DNA from: Acidobacteriota bacterium
GTDB lineage: Bacteria > Acidobacteriota > UBA6911 > RPQK01 > JAJDTT01
DNA length: 64,000 nt
Direction: 5' to 3'
Assembly: GCA_965217775.1 (NCBI GenBank)
Contig: CBDCJH010000002.1
Location: 2,496,001 to 2,560,000, forward strand
In this document: positions 17,476 to 27,166 of the stretch, piece by piece
Numbering within the stretch: the first letter of the stretch is position 1
Layout of the letters: each line of letters begins with the position of its first letter
Position numbers and translations under genes: made by a program
The notes under the pieces: generated by a model
What the model was told of the DNA's origin: nothing
The model's input: only the letters and a program-made list of their open reading frames with translations
Database searches by the model: none

Positions 17476-20001
17476 ATGAGTCACACGACGGCTTGGCGAG
17501 GATGGTTTCCTTCCACTGCGGGATGGATCCTTACGCTGGTTCTTCTTCTAACGACCGGAAATCCCCTGGTGCAGGCCTGCGACGACGGCCGGGCGGTGCC
17601 GAATCCGAAGAGTAATCCCGGCCTGGTCGAGGACTGCAAAGCTCTGCTGGCCGCTCGTGACAAGTTGGACGGGGCTGGATCCCTGAACTGGAACGCGGGT
17701 TTGCCCATTAACGATTGGGAAGGAATCAGGGCCACGGGGACGCCGGCACGCGTCACCAGGATTGAGATCTTCGGCAACCGGTTGAGGGGACGGATCCCGC
17801 CGGAACTGAGCCGACTGTCCCATCTGCGGTATTTGGATATCTCCGACCATCAGTTGACGGGAGGGATCCCGGCAGAACTTGGACAACTGTCCCGGCTCAC
17901 GAGTTTACTGCTCAACTCCAACGGACTGACCGGAGAGATCCCAGTCGAGTTGGGCCAGTTGTCTCAGCTAGGGCAGTTGTGGATCTACGAAAACCAGCTA
18001 ACGGGAGGGATCCCAGTCGAGTTGGGGGAACTCACGCGGATGAACGCGTTGAACCTCTCCGACAACCAACTGACGGGACCGATCCCGGCGGAGTTGGGTC
18101 AACTGTCCCGGCTACACAGTATGCGGCTCGGTGAAAACCGGCTCACGGGACCGATTCCGGGTGAATTGGGTCAACTGTCCCGATTGCTGGTGTTGCACCT
18201 TTTCTCGAACCGGCTGACGGGACGAATTCCGCCGGAGTTGGGTCAAGTGACGGGGATGACCTGGCTGGAGCTTCACGACAATCGTCTGACGGGACCGATC
18301 CCGAAGGAGTTGGGGCGGTTGAACAATCTGTCCTCAATCGATCTGTCGTCGAACCAGTTGACGGGAGCGATTCCACCGGAGTTGGGCCAGATGACCCGGT
18401 TGGGGGGATTGAATCTCTCCGACAACCGGCTGACCGGATCGCTCCCGGGCGAGTTGAGCCAGTTGACCCGTCTCGGTTCGTTGAATCTCTCCCACAACCA
18501 GTTGACGGGACCGATCCCGGCCGAGTTCGGCCAACTGACCAATCTGGCTTACCTGGACCTCTCCGACAACCTGTTGACGGGACCGATCCCACCGGAGCTG
18601 GGTGGCCTCACCCGGTTGGAGTGGTTGCACCTCCACAACAACCGACTGTCGGGGTCGATTCCTCCGGAACTGGGCCAACTGACCGGACTCTGGCAGTTGC
18701 ACCTCCAGCACAACCGGCTGACCGGACCGTTCCCGGCTGAGCTGGGCCGACTGACCCGGCTGCAGGAGTTCAGCTATCTGGGCAACCAATTGACGGGACC
18801 GGTTCCCGCACGGCTGAGACATCTGCCCGACCTGTACGTGTTGAACTTGAAGGCGAACTGGGTGGGTCCGGGCCGCGTAAAGGTGACCTGGGACGACCCC
18901 GGCGATCCCACGGTCACCTACGAGTTCCGTCTCTGGTCCCTGACCCTCCGGGACTGGATCCCCAGGAAGGAGATTCCGGAGACGGCGTTGACGGCCGGGG
19001 AAGGCTTGACCATCGAATCCACATTGACGGATCTGCCGGCCGCTGCCCGCTACACCACCATCGCGGTGCGGGCGATCAACAAGGACGGTCCCGGCCGGGA
19101 AGCACGGGCCCCGGTGGAATCGCGCGAGATTCTCGACGACACGGACGACGACACGAGTCAGGAGCCGGACGCGGACCCCTATTGCCGCTCCCTGTGGGAC
19201 GGGGAGCCCTGTGCCACTGCCGCCGTCCTTCCCCACGTCTTCATGGGGCCTCTCGGGGAGAACGTCGCCGAAGCTGAAATACTCATCACCCACCGGAGTC
19301 TTGAGCCTCAGGCCTGCGACGTCGCATTGCTCTTTCATCGGGGGACGTCCGATGCTCCGGAGATCCTTTTCGACCACCAGACGATTGCAGGGAATCTTCT
19401 CCAAGCCACCGTTCCAGCGGGAGGAGCCCGAATCCTGACCTTGACGGCGGATGCGGCGGACCTGGTGGTCGGCGCGGTCTCGGTTTTCGTCCGCTCTCCT
19501 TGTGCGGCCGACTCGCTGCAGGTTCAGGGATGCTACCTGGTGGAGAACCCGGCGGGGGGCGAGATTCAGGAGGTCTTTTCCGTTTCGGGCCAATCTCCCG
19601 AGGAATGGCTGCGAGACGGGGACTGCCAGGTCTTGACCGGAGTCTTCGGCCCCGGACGGGATCTGGGTCTCGCTTACGTGACCACCGATCCCCAGCGAGA
19701 AGCTCCCGAAGGCGCTCGACTCCTTTTTCGCTCCTTCGATCTGGAAGGGAACCCCCTGGACCACCCGTTCAGTAGCCTGGAGATCACCGGGGAACAGACC
19801 GCTTCGTTTCCGTGGAGCTTCGGGGAGCCCACCATCATCGAGATCTGCCTGGAGGTTCCGGGAACGGACAGCGAATTCCGGATCTCCACCATCGCCATCG
19901 GAATCGTCCGGAAGGGAGGCAACGTGCAGTGGAGTGATGAAGCCGTCGTGGACAGGTACGGGTCGGAAAACCCCTCGGCGTGGTCGGAATCCGGACGTTG
20001 A
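17476..20001 (+). CDS. Secreted plant-type leucine-rich repeat protein (15 x 24-aa LRR) + FN3-like domain + C-terminal module
   Basis: LxxLxLxxNxLTGxIPxELGxL x15, N-cap (DCKALL...LNW...WEGI), signal peptide. ATG at 17476 preferred; ORF opens at 17404. Confidence 0.92.
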   Translation: MSHTTAWRGWFPSTAGWILTLVLLLTTGNPLVQACDDGRAVPNPKSNPGLVEDCKALLAARDKLDGAGSLNWNAGLPINDWEGIRATGTPARVTRIEIFGNRLRGRIPPELSRLSHLRYLDISDHQLTGGIPAELGQLSRLTSLLLNSNGLTGEIPVELGQLSQLGQLWIYENQLTGGIPVELGELTRMNALNLSDNQLTGPIPAELGQLSRLHSMRLGENRLTGPIPGELGQLSRLLVLHLFSNRLTGRIPPELGQVTGMTWLELHDNRLTGPIPKELGRLNNLSSIDLSSNQLTGAIPPELGQMTRLGGLNLSDNRLTGSLPGELSQLTRLGSLNLSHNQLTGPIPAEFGQLTNLAYLDLSDNLLTGPIPPELGGLTRLEWLHLHNNRLSGSIPPELGQLTGLWQLHLQHNRLTGPFPAELGRLTRLQEFSYLGNQLTGPVPARLRHLPDLYVLNLKANWVGPGRVKVTWDDPGDPTVTYEFRLWSLTLRDWIPRKEIPETALTAGEGLTIESTLTDLPAAARYTTIAVRAINKDGPGREARAPVESREILDDTDDDTSQEPDADPYCRSLWDGEPCATAAVLPHVFMGPLGENVAEAEILITHRSLEPQACDVALLFHRGTSDAPEILFDHQTIAGNLLQATVPAGGARILTLTADAADLVVGAVSVFVRSPCAADSLQVQGCYLVENPAGGEIQEVFSVSGQSPEEWLRDGDCQVLTGVFGPGRDLGLAYVTTDPQREAPEGARLLFRSFDLEGNPLDHPFSSLEITGEQTASFPWSFGEPTIIEICLEVPGTDSEFRISTIAIGIVRKGGNVQWSDEAVVDRYGSENPSAWSESGR

Positions 20002-20003
20002 AC

Positions 20004-20133
20004 TGGGAGGGGGGACATCCCTGTCCCCCTCTTCATCCCCGGCGCGAAACCGGCGGCTGGAAAGGTAGTGGGAGGGGGGACATCCCTGTCCCCCTCTTCA
20101 TCCCCGGTGCGGAACCGGCGGCTGGAAAGGTAG
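20004..20133. repeat. Tandem 65-bp repeat x2 containing a GGAG-type REP palindrome
   Basis: TGGGAGGGGGGACATCCCTGTCCCCCTCTTCATCCCCGG(C/T)GCG(A/G)AACCGGCGGCTGGAAAGGTAG at 20004-20068 and 20069-20133. Confidence 0.9.
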
Positions 20134-20146
20134 CGTAACCTGAACA

Positions 20147-22744
20147 ATGACTCTACCGATGCCATCGCGAATCGCAGTCCCGGCTTCCATCGGAACCACC
20201 TCGTTGTGGAGCCTCGCATTCGTCCTCCTGCTCACGATGGGCAATGCTCGTCTGCTGGCCTGCGATGAGGGCACGGCCGTACCCGATCCGGACAAGAACC
20301 GCGGCTTGGTCGCAGACTGCAAAGTCCTGTTGGGGCTGCGCGACGAGTTGGCCGGATCCGGCTCCCTGAACTGGGATGCCGAATTGGCAATCTCCGACTG
20401 GCAAGGAATCACCATCTCCGGATCGCCAGGTCGAGTGTCCGCCTTGAAACTCAGAGAAACCCAGTTGACGGGCCAAGTTCCGGCAGAACTGGCAAAACTG
20501 ACCCAATTACAGGAGTTGCACCTTTACTACAACCAGTTGACGGGCACGATTCCACGACAACTCGGCGGAATGACCCGACTGCAATCGTTGGGACTCACCG
20601 CAAATCAATTGAACGGACCGATCCCGGTCGAACTGGCCCAACTGAAGAGATTGGAAAGGATGTCCCTGAGCCAAAACCAGTTGACCGGGCCGATACCGAA
20701 AGAACTGGCTCAACTTTCCCATTTAGAACACCTGAGCCTGGGCCAGAACCAACTGACGGGACCGATCCCGGCGGAACTGGGCCAACTGTCCCAATTGCAG
20801 TCATTGTACCTGGCGGACAACCACCTGACGGGTCCGATACCCAACGAACTCGCCCAACTGTCCCGACTTCAATGGCTGGTGCTCGGCGGCAACCGGCTGA
20901 CGGGACCGATTCCACCCCAGCTCGCCGAACTGTCCCGCTTACGATGGCTGTTGCTCGGTGAAAACCGGTTGACCGGTCCGATTCCGGTCGAGTTGGCCCG
21001 ACTCTCCCGGCTGGATTGGCTGCGGCTCCATCACAACCGCCTGACGGGGCCCATCCCGGCCGAGTTGGCCCGGCTTTCCCGGTTGGAATGGTCGCGCCTC
21101 GAACACAATGTCCTGACGGGTCCGATTCCGCTCGAACTGGGCCAACTGTCCCGACTCGTAGGGTTGCGCCTGGACCACAACCGGCTGACGGGCCCCATCC
21201 CGAACGAGCTGGGCCAACTGTACGGGTTGGCATGGTTGCGCCTCGATCACAATGTCCTGACAGGTCCGATTCCACCCGAACTGGGTCAACTGTTCCAGTT
21301 GGGATGGTTACATTTGGACCACAATCGGCTGACGGGTTCCATCCCGATCGAGCTGGGCCAATTGTTCCGGCTGGGCACCTTGCACCTCGACCACAACCGG
21401 CTGACGGGGCCCATCCCGGCTGTACTGGGTCAACTGTCGGAGCTGTTGTTCCTGCATCTCCAGCACAACCGGTTGAGCGGTCCCTTTCCGGCCGAGTTGG
21501 GGCAACTGTCCACCCTGTGGCAGTTCAGCTTTCGGGGAAACCGATTGACGGGACCTGTACCTCCGGAGCTGAGTCGTCTGCCCGACCTGTACGTGTTGAA
21601 CTTGGACGCACGCTGGGTCGGGCCGGACCGGATCAGGGTGACCTGGGACGATCCCGGCGACCCCACCGCCGTTTACCGGTACCGCCTTCGGGGATTCGAT
21701 TTCGAGATCCTGGTCGACAGCACGGAGATCTCCAAGACCTGGTTGAGACCGGGCAAGGGAGTGACCATCGAGTGGACCTTGACGGGTCTCCCCACGGAGG
21801 TCGCGTACAAGTCGATCGAGTTACGGGCCTCGAACAGCGACGGTTCATCTCCGGCAGCGGTCGCCGACGTGAGATCGTCGCGGCCTCCCGGTGACATCGA
21901 TCAAGAGCGCTATCCCCCTCCGTACTGCCTCTCCCTGTGGGACGGTGATCCCTGTGCTACCGCAGCCGTTCTGCCCCATGTCTTCATGGGCCCTCTCGGG
22001 GTGAACACCGCCGAAGCTGAAATCCTGATTACCAACCGGGACCCTGATCCCCAATCCTGCGAAATGGCGCTGCTGTTTCACACGGGAAGGTCCGCAGCTC
22101 CCGAGATCCTCTTCGACGACGAGCCGGCTGTAGGAAACCTGTACCAAGCTACTGTTCCCAGAGGTGGAGCCCGAGTCCTGACCTTGACGGCGGACTCGGA
22201 GGAACTGGTGGTTGGAGCCGTTTCCGTGTTTGTCCGCTCGCCTTGCACGGTCGACTCGCTGCGGGTTCAAGGGCGGTACTTGGTGGAGGAAGAGCCAAAC
22301 GGAGATATTCAGGAGGTATTTTCCGTCTCGGGCCAGACCCCGCGTGAGTGGCTGGGGGACGGGGACTGCCAGGACATCACCGGCGTCTTCGGCGCCGGAA
22401 GGGATCTTGGTTTCGCCTCGGTGACCGCCGAGCCGGAACGCGGCGCCCCGGCCGGCACTCGACTCTATTTCCGCTCCTTCGATCTGAAGGGGAATCCGAC
22501 GGCAGAATCACCCGGCAGCTTGGAGATCACGGGAGAACAGGCGACGTCTTTTCCCTGGAACTTCCAGGAACCCACAATCCTGGAGATGTGCCTGGACGTA
22601 CCGGAAGAAAACAGCGACTTCAAGCTCTCCACCATTGCCATTGGGATCGTGCAAAAGGGCGGGAACGTGCAATGGAGTGACGAAGCGTTTACCCGTCTTG
22701 ATTCTTCGAATGATTCTTCGGCTGTTTCCGACTCCAGTCCTTGA
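20147..22744 (+). CDS. Secreted plant-type LRR protein (16 x 24-aa LRR) + FN3-like domain + C-terminal module; paralog of the upstream gene
   Basis: Same architecture; shares CATAAVLPHVFMGPLG...GGNVQWSDEA with the upstream gene. Confidence 0.92.
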   Translation: MTLPMPSRIAVPASIGTTSLWSLAFVLLLTMGNARLLACDEGTAVPDPDKNRGLVADCKVLLGLRDELAGSGSLNWDAELAISDWQGITISGSPGRVSALKLRETQLTGQVPAELAKLTQLQELHLYYNQLTGTIPRQLGGMTRLQSLGLTANQLNGPIPVELAQLKRLERMSLSQNQLTGPIPKELAQLSHLEHLSLGQNQLTGPIPAELGQLSQLQSLYLADNHLTGPIPNELAQLSRLQWLVLGGNRLTGPIPPQLAELSRLRWLLLGENRLTGPIPVELARLSRLDWLRLHHNRLTGPIPAELARLSRLEWSRLEHNVLTGPIPLELGQLSRLVGLRLDHNRLTGPIPNELGQLYGLAWLRLDHNVLTGPIPPELGQLFQLGWLHLDHNRLTGSIPIELGQLFRLGTLHLDHNRLTGPIPAVLGQLSELLFLHLQHNRLSGPFPAELGQLSTLWQFSFRGNRLTGPVPPELSRLPDLYVLNLDARWVGPDRIRVTWDDPGDPTAVYRYRLRGFDFEILVDSTEISKTWLRPGKGVTIEWTLTGLPTEVAYKSIELRASNSDGSSPAAVADVRSSRPPGDIDQERYPPPYCLSLWDGDPCATAAVLPHVFMGPLGVNTAEAEILITNRDPDPQSCEMALLFHTGRSAAPEILFDDEPAVGNLYQATVPRGGARVLTLTADSEELVVGAVSVFVRSPCTVDSLRVQGRYLVEEEPNGDIQEVFSVSGQTPREWLGDGDCQDITGVFGAGRDLGFASVTAEPERGAPAGTRLYFRSFDLKGNPTAESPGSLEITGEQATSFPWNFQEPTILEMCLDVPEENSDFKLSTIAIGIVQKGGNVQWSDEAFTRLDSSNDSSAVSDSSP

Positions 22745-22813
22745 GATGAATTAAGGAGAGAAAGAAAGGGCAGGTATCGACACTTCGGCAGCAGTCCCTG
22801 CCGTAAGCCCTCG

Positions 22814-23443
22814 TCAATGTCCGTCCAACTCTTTAACGTAAATGTTCTTGAACCACAGCGGCCAACCATGATGCTGGAGCACGATCGGGCCTTCGGCCCG
22901 TTTGAAGTCGGCCGCAAACCTGTCGATCATAAGCTGGTCGTTGAGATGCACGGTGACGGTTTCATTCTGGACGCGGATCTCAAAGTGGTTCCACTCTCCC
23001 AGCGGACGGTCGACTGTCCGTAGTGGGTCTTGTCCCTTGCTGGTGTAACCCACAATTCCACCCGACCCGTGGGGAGATGAGTAAACGACTGCCGTTCTGT
23101 CCCAGATCTCCACTTGCAGCTCGCCACGCAGAAAGATTCCACTATTGCCGTCTTTCTCAATCTTCCAATCGATGAGAAAAATGAAATCGCCGTACTCCTT
23201 TTCCGTGCTCAAATTGCGCTCGAACACCGTCTTGGGTGCAGGTTCCCAGCCTCCGCCGTCGTAAAGAATCATGCCGTTCTCGGCCCGCCAGTGCCCGCTG
23301 CCATCATCCTTCCAACCGGTCAGATCGTGGCCGTTGAACAGCTTCGTAAATCCATCGGGCGGCGAGTCGTGCGATGGCGTTGCACATCCTGGAGCCAGGG
23401 CGAGCACCGCGGCCATAGACAGCAATTTCAGGATTCGCATCAT
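22814..23443 (-). CDS. DUF1080 (3-keto-disaccharide hydrolase-like) lipoprotein
   Basis: Lipobox-like LAPGC; LFNGHDLTGW, NSGIFLR, GEWNHFEI, GPIVLQHHG...FKNIYVKEL. Confidence 0.88.
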   Translation of the reverse strand: MMRILKLLSMAAVLALAPGCATPSHDSPPDGFTKLFNGHDLTGWKDDGSGHWRAENGMILYDGGGWEPAPKTVFERNLSTEKEYGDFIFLIDWKIEKDGNSGIFLRGELQVEIWDRTAVVYSSPHGSGGIVGYTSKGQDPLRTVDRPLGEWNHFEIRVQNETVTVHLNDQLMIDRFAADFKRAEGPIVLQHHGWPLWFKNIYVKELDGH

Positions 23444-26079
23444 TGCTCCTCAGGTTTTGAATGTAGAGTGTGGAAGGCCGGATCTTCCGGATTCCCGCCC
23501 GACCTTATATAAGCCACCAAATCCAGAATTTCTTCCTCGGAAAAGATATCGAGCAGTCCTTCGGGCATCTCTGAAATTTTCGAGACCGTGCGGGTTTTTA
23601 TCCGGTCCGCGGCAACTTCGGTCACCTTTTGGGTAAACGGATTCCCGCGAACCCGCAGCAGTTTTCCATCGTCGTAAACGACCCGGCCAACATGCAAACG
23701 ACCGTCTTCCATCTCGATCGATTCGTTGAAGAAGCGATCGGCGACCACCTTGGAGGGATCGAGCAGCGACTCCATCAGGTACTGCTCATCGAAACGATTT
23801 CCGGCTGTAGTGATGTCCGGCCCCGTGGTGCCTCCCTGGTCGCCAAAGCGGTGACATCGGGCGCATTCCGCGGCCTCGTAGGCAAACTTGCCCTGCTCGT
23901 AGGAGCGGCCGCTCTTCACCTGCTCGAGCCGGGGCAGAAAGTCGGCAACCCGCCAGGTGCGCACGAATCCACGGGACGGACCCTCATCAGCGTCCCTCAA
24001 AAACCGTTGATCTTCGATGATCTCCTCCAGTGCCTGGAGTTCCTCTTCGCTGAGGGTTTCAACGGCAGCTTGCCGCAGGTTTTGAATCGTGTAGATGAAA
24101 CGGCTGTTCAGACCCTTCCTCCCGAGTGTCTTCTCGGCACGAAGATACTCCCCCTGGGACAAATTCAGTGCACGGAAGTAGGTTTGGCGCTGGGGCAGCG
24201 TCCAACCCTCTCCGAGATGACTCAAGGCGGCGAAATAAAACAGCTTATCTTGTCGCGCGCCGGATTCGATCAGTCTCAAAGACTTGTCGATGACACCCGG
24301 ATCCTTCAAGTAGACCAGGAGCCGGCAAAGCTCCTGGTTCAGTGTCCGGCTGGAGGAGGGAAAAAGACGTCCCAGCCGTTTGACGGCCCGTTGCCCCAAT
24401 CCGTTGCGCCGGCCGCCCATCCGGACAAAGGCCAGACTATAGGCGCGTAGCGCCTCCAGAAGTTGATCCTCGGGAAGTTGCTCCAGAGGGAGCCGGCCGA
24501 GCCTCGCCAAGACCGCCTCCTGCAGCTCCGGCCGACCGGTTCGCGCCAGGGCCAGCATGGCCTGGATCGACGCGACGGTGTCGTTCTCGCGCAGCGCGCG
24601 ATCCTGCCACTCTGCAAGATCCTGACGCTCGATGGCGACACGCGCCGCATAGCGAAGTGTGCGATCCGGGCTGGCCAGGTGAGGCCACGCCTCCGCCGCT
24701 GCGCGACGGTCCTCTTGACCATGGAACTGCTCCAAGCGGCTTCGAATTCGCCGTGCCCGCTCCGCTGCGGGATCGTCGACGGGATCGGCCGGATCGGTGA
24801 CTTCGTCTCCCCGATAGCGGATTCGAAAAAGACCCGACTTGGCCTCCCTCCCGCCCACCGTGAAATACATGTCTCCATCCCGGTTGATCACGACGTCGGT
24901 CACGGGCACGGCACTTCCCGTCAGAAACGGTTCGAAGCTCGCCGTATAACCCGCCCCCTGCGGTTTCAGGTGAACGGCATAGATCTTCCCCGACGCCCAA
25001 TCGCACGCGAACAACGCCCGCTGATACCTGACCGGAAAACGAGCCCGGGTCCCAAAAACCAGGCCGGTCGGCGACCCGAACCCGATATCGACTACGCTGC
25101 CGACACTGTCGGGGTAGTATTCAGGCCACTTTCCATAAGGTGTCCAACGCCCGGTGTCGTAGCGCCAGCCATACTCCCCTCCCGAAACCACCTGGTTGAT
25201 TCGAGTGGGGCGGTACCAGGGCTTGCCGATGCCGGCTTCGCTGTCCGCATCGAAGGCGAACAGCTCGCCGTCGGGGTTGAATGCCAGGTCGTAGGGGTTC
25301 CGGAAACCTGCGGCAATCAATTCCCAGACAGAACCTGTTTCGTCGGTACGGGCAACCCAACCGGCCGGCACAAATCCCGGCTCGCGGGGGATCAGCAGAT
25401 CGTTGGCCCAATTCCGGAACGGAGAGGTTCGCGCCAACCCTTCCGGAACCTTGGTGCCGTTGCCCGCCACGAGATAGATGAGACCGTCGGGGCCGAGCAC
25501 CGCGGCGTGGGGCCCGTGCTCGCCATGCCCATTCTCGTTGTCCACGGCCTCCAACCGTTTCAACAGCCTGACCTCGTCGAACCGATCGTCTCCATCGGTG
25601 TCCAGCACCCGATAGAACCCACTGCCTTGCGCGACTTTCTCCTTCGAGGTCCGGTACAGGTTGACCGTGACATAGAGACTGTCATAGGCGTAGAGAAGCC
25701 CCTGGGCGTGCCCGACGGGAAGCTTCAACTTCTCGACTCTTGTGCCGGAATCTCCAGCTCCGAGAGTCACCCGGTAAAGACTCCCGAATTGATCCGCGGT
25801 GATGAACCGCCCTGCGGAATCCGGCGTCAACGCGACCCAGGAACCCTGTTCCTCCAGCGGCACCGAATAGACCAGCTCCACCTCAAATCCCTCCGGCACC
25901 TGAAGCTGCCGGGAGACGTCCAACAGGCCTTGGTCGTGGGTTGTTTTTGGATCCTCCTGTTGGGAAGGATCGGGCTGGCTCTGACAGGAAAAGGAAATGC
26001 CGGACACGATCCAGATGACAATGGCGGCCAAGTGCTGCCACCAGCCATTTTGATGATCCTTGATTGAAAACCCAGGCAT
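23440..26079 (-). CDS. PVC-type heme-binding protein (beta-propeller dehydrogenase-like domain, HEAT-like region, C-terminal cytochrome c)
   Basis: VPEGFEVELVY, GEHGPH, GFRNPYD, GSPTG, CARCHRFGDQGGTTGPDIT, SEMPEGLL, DLVAYI. Possible lipobox ISFSC. Confidence 0.85.
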   Translation of the reverse strand: MPGFSIKDHQNGWWQHLAAIVIWIVSGISFSCQSQPDPSQQEDPKTTHDQGLLDVSRQLQVPEGFEVELVYSVPLEEQGSWVALTPDSAGRFITADQFGSLYRVTLGAGDSGTRVEKLKLPVGHAQGLLYAYDSLYVTVNLYRTSKEKVAQGSGFYRVLDTDGDDRFDEVRLLKRLEAVDNENGHGEHGPHAAVLGPDGLIYLVAGNGTKVPEGLARTSPFRNWANDLLIPREPGFVPAGWVARTDETGSVWELIAAGFRNPYDLAFNPDGELFAFDADSEAGIGKPWYRPTRINQVVSGGEYGWRYDTGRWTPYGKWPEYYPDSVGSVVDIGFGSPTGLVFGTRARFPVRYQRALFACDWASGKIYAVHLKPQGAGYTASFEPFLTGSAVPVTDVVINRDGDMYFTVGGREAKSGLFRIRYRGDEVTDPADPVDDPAAERARRIRSRLEQFHGQEDRRAAAEAWPHLASPDRTLRYAARVAIERQDLAEWQDRALRENDTVASIQAMLALARTGRPELQEAVLARLGRLPLEQLPEDQLLEALRAYSLAFVRMGGRRNGLGQRAVKRLGRLFPSSSRTLNQELCRLLVYLKDPGVIDKSLRLIESGARQDKLFYFAALSHLGEGWTLPQRQTYFRALNLSQGEYLRAEKTLGRKGLNSRFIYTIQNLRQAAVETLSEEELQALEEIIEDQRFLRDADEGPSRGFVRTWRVADFLPRLEQVKSGRSYEQGKFAYEAAECARCHRFGDQGGTTGPDITTAGNRFDEQYLMESLLDPSKVVADRFFNESIEMEDGRLHVGRVVYDDGKLLRVRGNPFTQKVTEVAADRIKTRTVSKISEMPEGLLDIFSEEEILDLVAYIRSGGNPEDPAFHTLHSKPEEQ

Positions 26080-26153
26080 TAGATTCCAGTCACCTTTGCT
26101 TCAACTTTCGCCACGGACTGCTAGGATACCCAGAATTGGAAGGAGAGACTCCC

Positions 26154-27041
26154 GTGCCAGAGAACGCATACCGTGTGGCTCCACCAGGTTTCACTCCGGA
26201 TCAATGGGAAGAATTCCAGGAAAACGGGATTCTGGTCTTGGAGAACGTCATTCCTCAGGAGGACGTGGACCGCTATGTCGAGGCCATCGATCGCGTTGCC
26301 GCCTCCGATCCGAACTATGCTCCCGGCAAGGATTTCAGGCAGCCTCACTGCGTCGCTGCGGATCCGGTTTTGAGCGCGCTCATCGATCATCCCCGCCACG
26401 TGGGCTACGGCTACGATCTCTACGGCGAGCTCTTGAAGCTCCACCGCTCGGATATCTTCATCCGGCCCCGGGACTACAAGGACGAGTCCATGTGGCACCC
26501 CGACTCGCCTCGGCCCACACCCTATGCCGTATTCTCGACGGAACTCCCTCTGCGTCTCTGCGTCGGCCTCTGGCTCACGGATCTGCCGCATGCCGGAATG
26601 GGGAACTTCATCTACATGCCGGGCAGTCATCGAAACCAGGAATTCGACCAGTACTACACTCACGAGAGCGTCCCGGGGGAAGTCCCCCTGGTGGTTCCTG
26701 CCGGAAGCATGACGGTGATGCACTGCGGGACCTGGCACCGGGTCGACGTCAACGAGACGGACGTGATCCGAAAGAACATCTTCGTGAGTTACTGCCCCTC
26801 CTGGCTCTGGGAGGGAGACCGGCGGCAATGCGATCCCCAGTGGATCGAGACCTTGAACCGGGAGCAGCGGATCATCATGCGCAGCTTTCCCACGGCCCAT
26901 GACCGAACCAATCCCCCGGCGGAGGACGTGCCCCTCTTCCTGGCTCGGGAGACGGAGGCCGACTCGGACGCCGATGCCAACTTCCGGGTCCCGCTTCGGA
27001 TCCGGAAACGCAGAACGATGCCGGAAAAACTGGCGAGCTGA
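26154..27041 (+). CDS. Phytanoyl-CoA dioxygenase (PhyH) family Fe(II)/2-oxoglutarate oxygenase
   Basis: FQENGILVLENVI, WHPD (HxD), YMPGSH, AGSMTVMHCGTWH. GTG at 26154 preceded by AGGAG. Confidence 0.85.
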   Translation: MPENAYRVAPPGFTPDQWEEFQENGILVLENVIPQEDVDRYVEAIDRVAASDPNYAPGKDFRQPHCVAADPVLSALIDHPRHVGYGYDLYGELLKLHRSDIFIRPRDYKDESMWHPDSPRPTPYAVFSTELPLRLCVGLWLTDLPHAGMGNFIYMPGSHRNQEFDQYYTHESVPGEVPLVVPAGSMTVMHCGTWHRVDVNETDVIRKNIFVSYCPSWLWEGDRRQCDPQWIETLNREQRIIMRSFPTAHDRTNPPAEDVPLFLARETEADSDADANFRVPLRIRKRRTMPEKLAS

Positions 27042-27076
27042 CCCTCCGGCTGCGGGAGAAGGGCATCAGGCCGGAA

Positions 27077-27141
27077 ATGAAGAGGGGGACAAGATGTCCC
27101 CCCTCCTCGTATGAAGAGGGGGACAAAATGTCCCCCCTCCT
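27077..27141. repeat. Tandem 34-bp repeat x2 with a GGAG-type REP palindrome
   Basis: ATGAAGAGGGGGACAA(G/A)ATGTCCCCCCTCCT twice; reverse-complement relative of the 20004 repeat. Confidence 0.85.
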
Positions 27142-27166
27142 GGTTCACGAAAGGAAATTGGGAATC

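Noticed and set aside
20004-20133. Possible CRISPR array (also 27077-27141 and 6769-7125)
   Set aside because: Only two units each, no unique spacers of regular length, and no cas genes; these are palindromic REP-type repeats.
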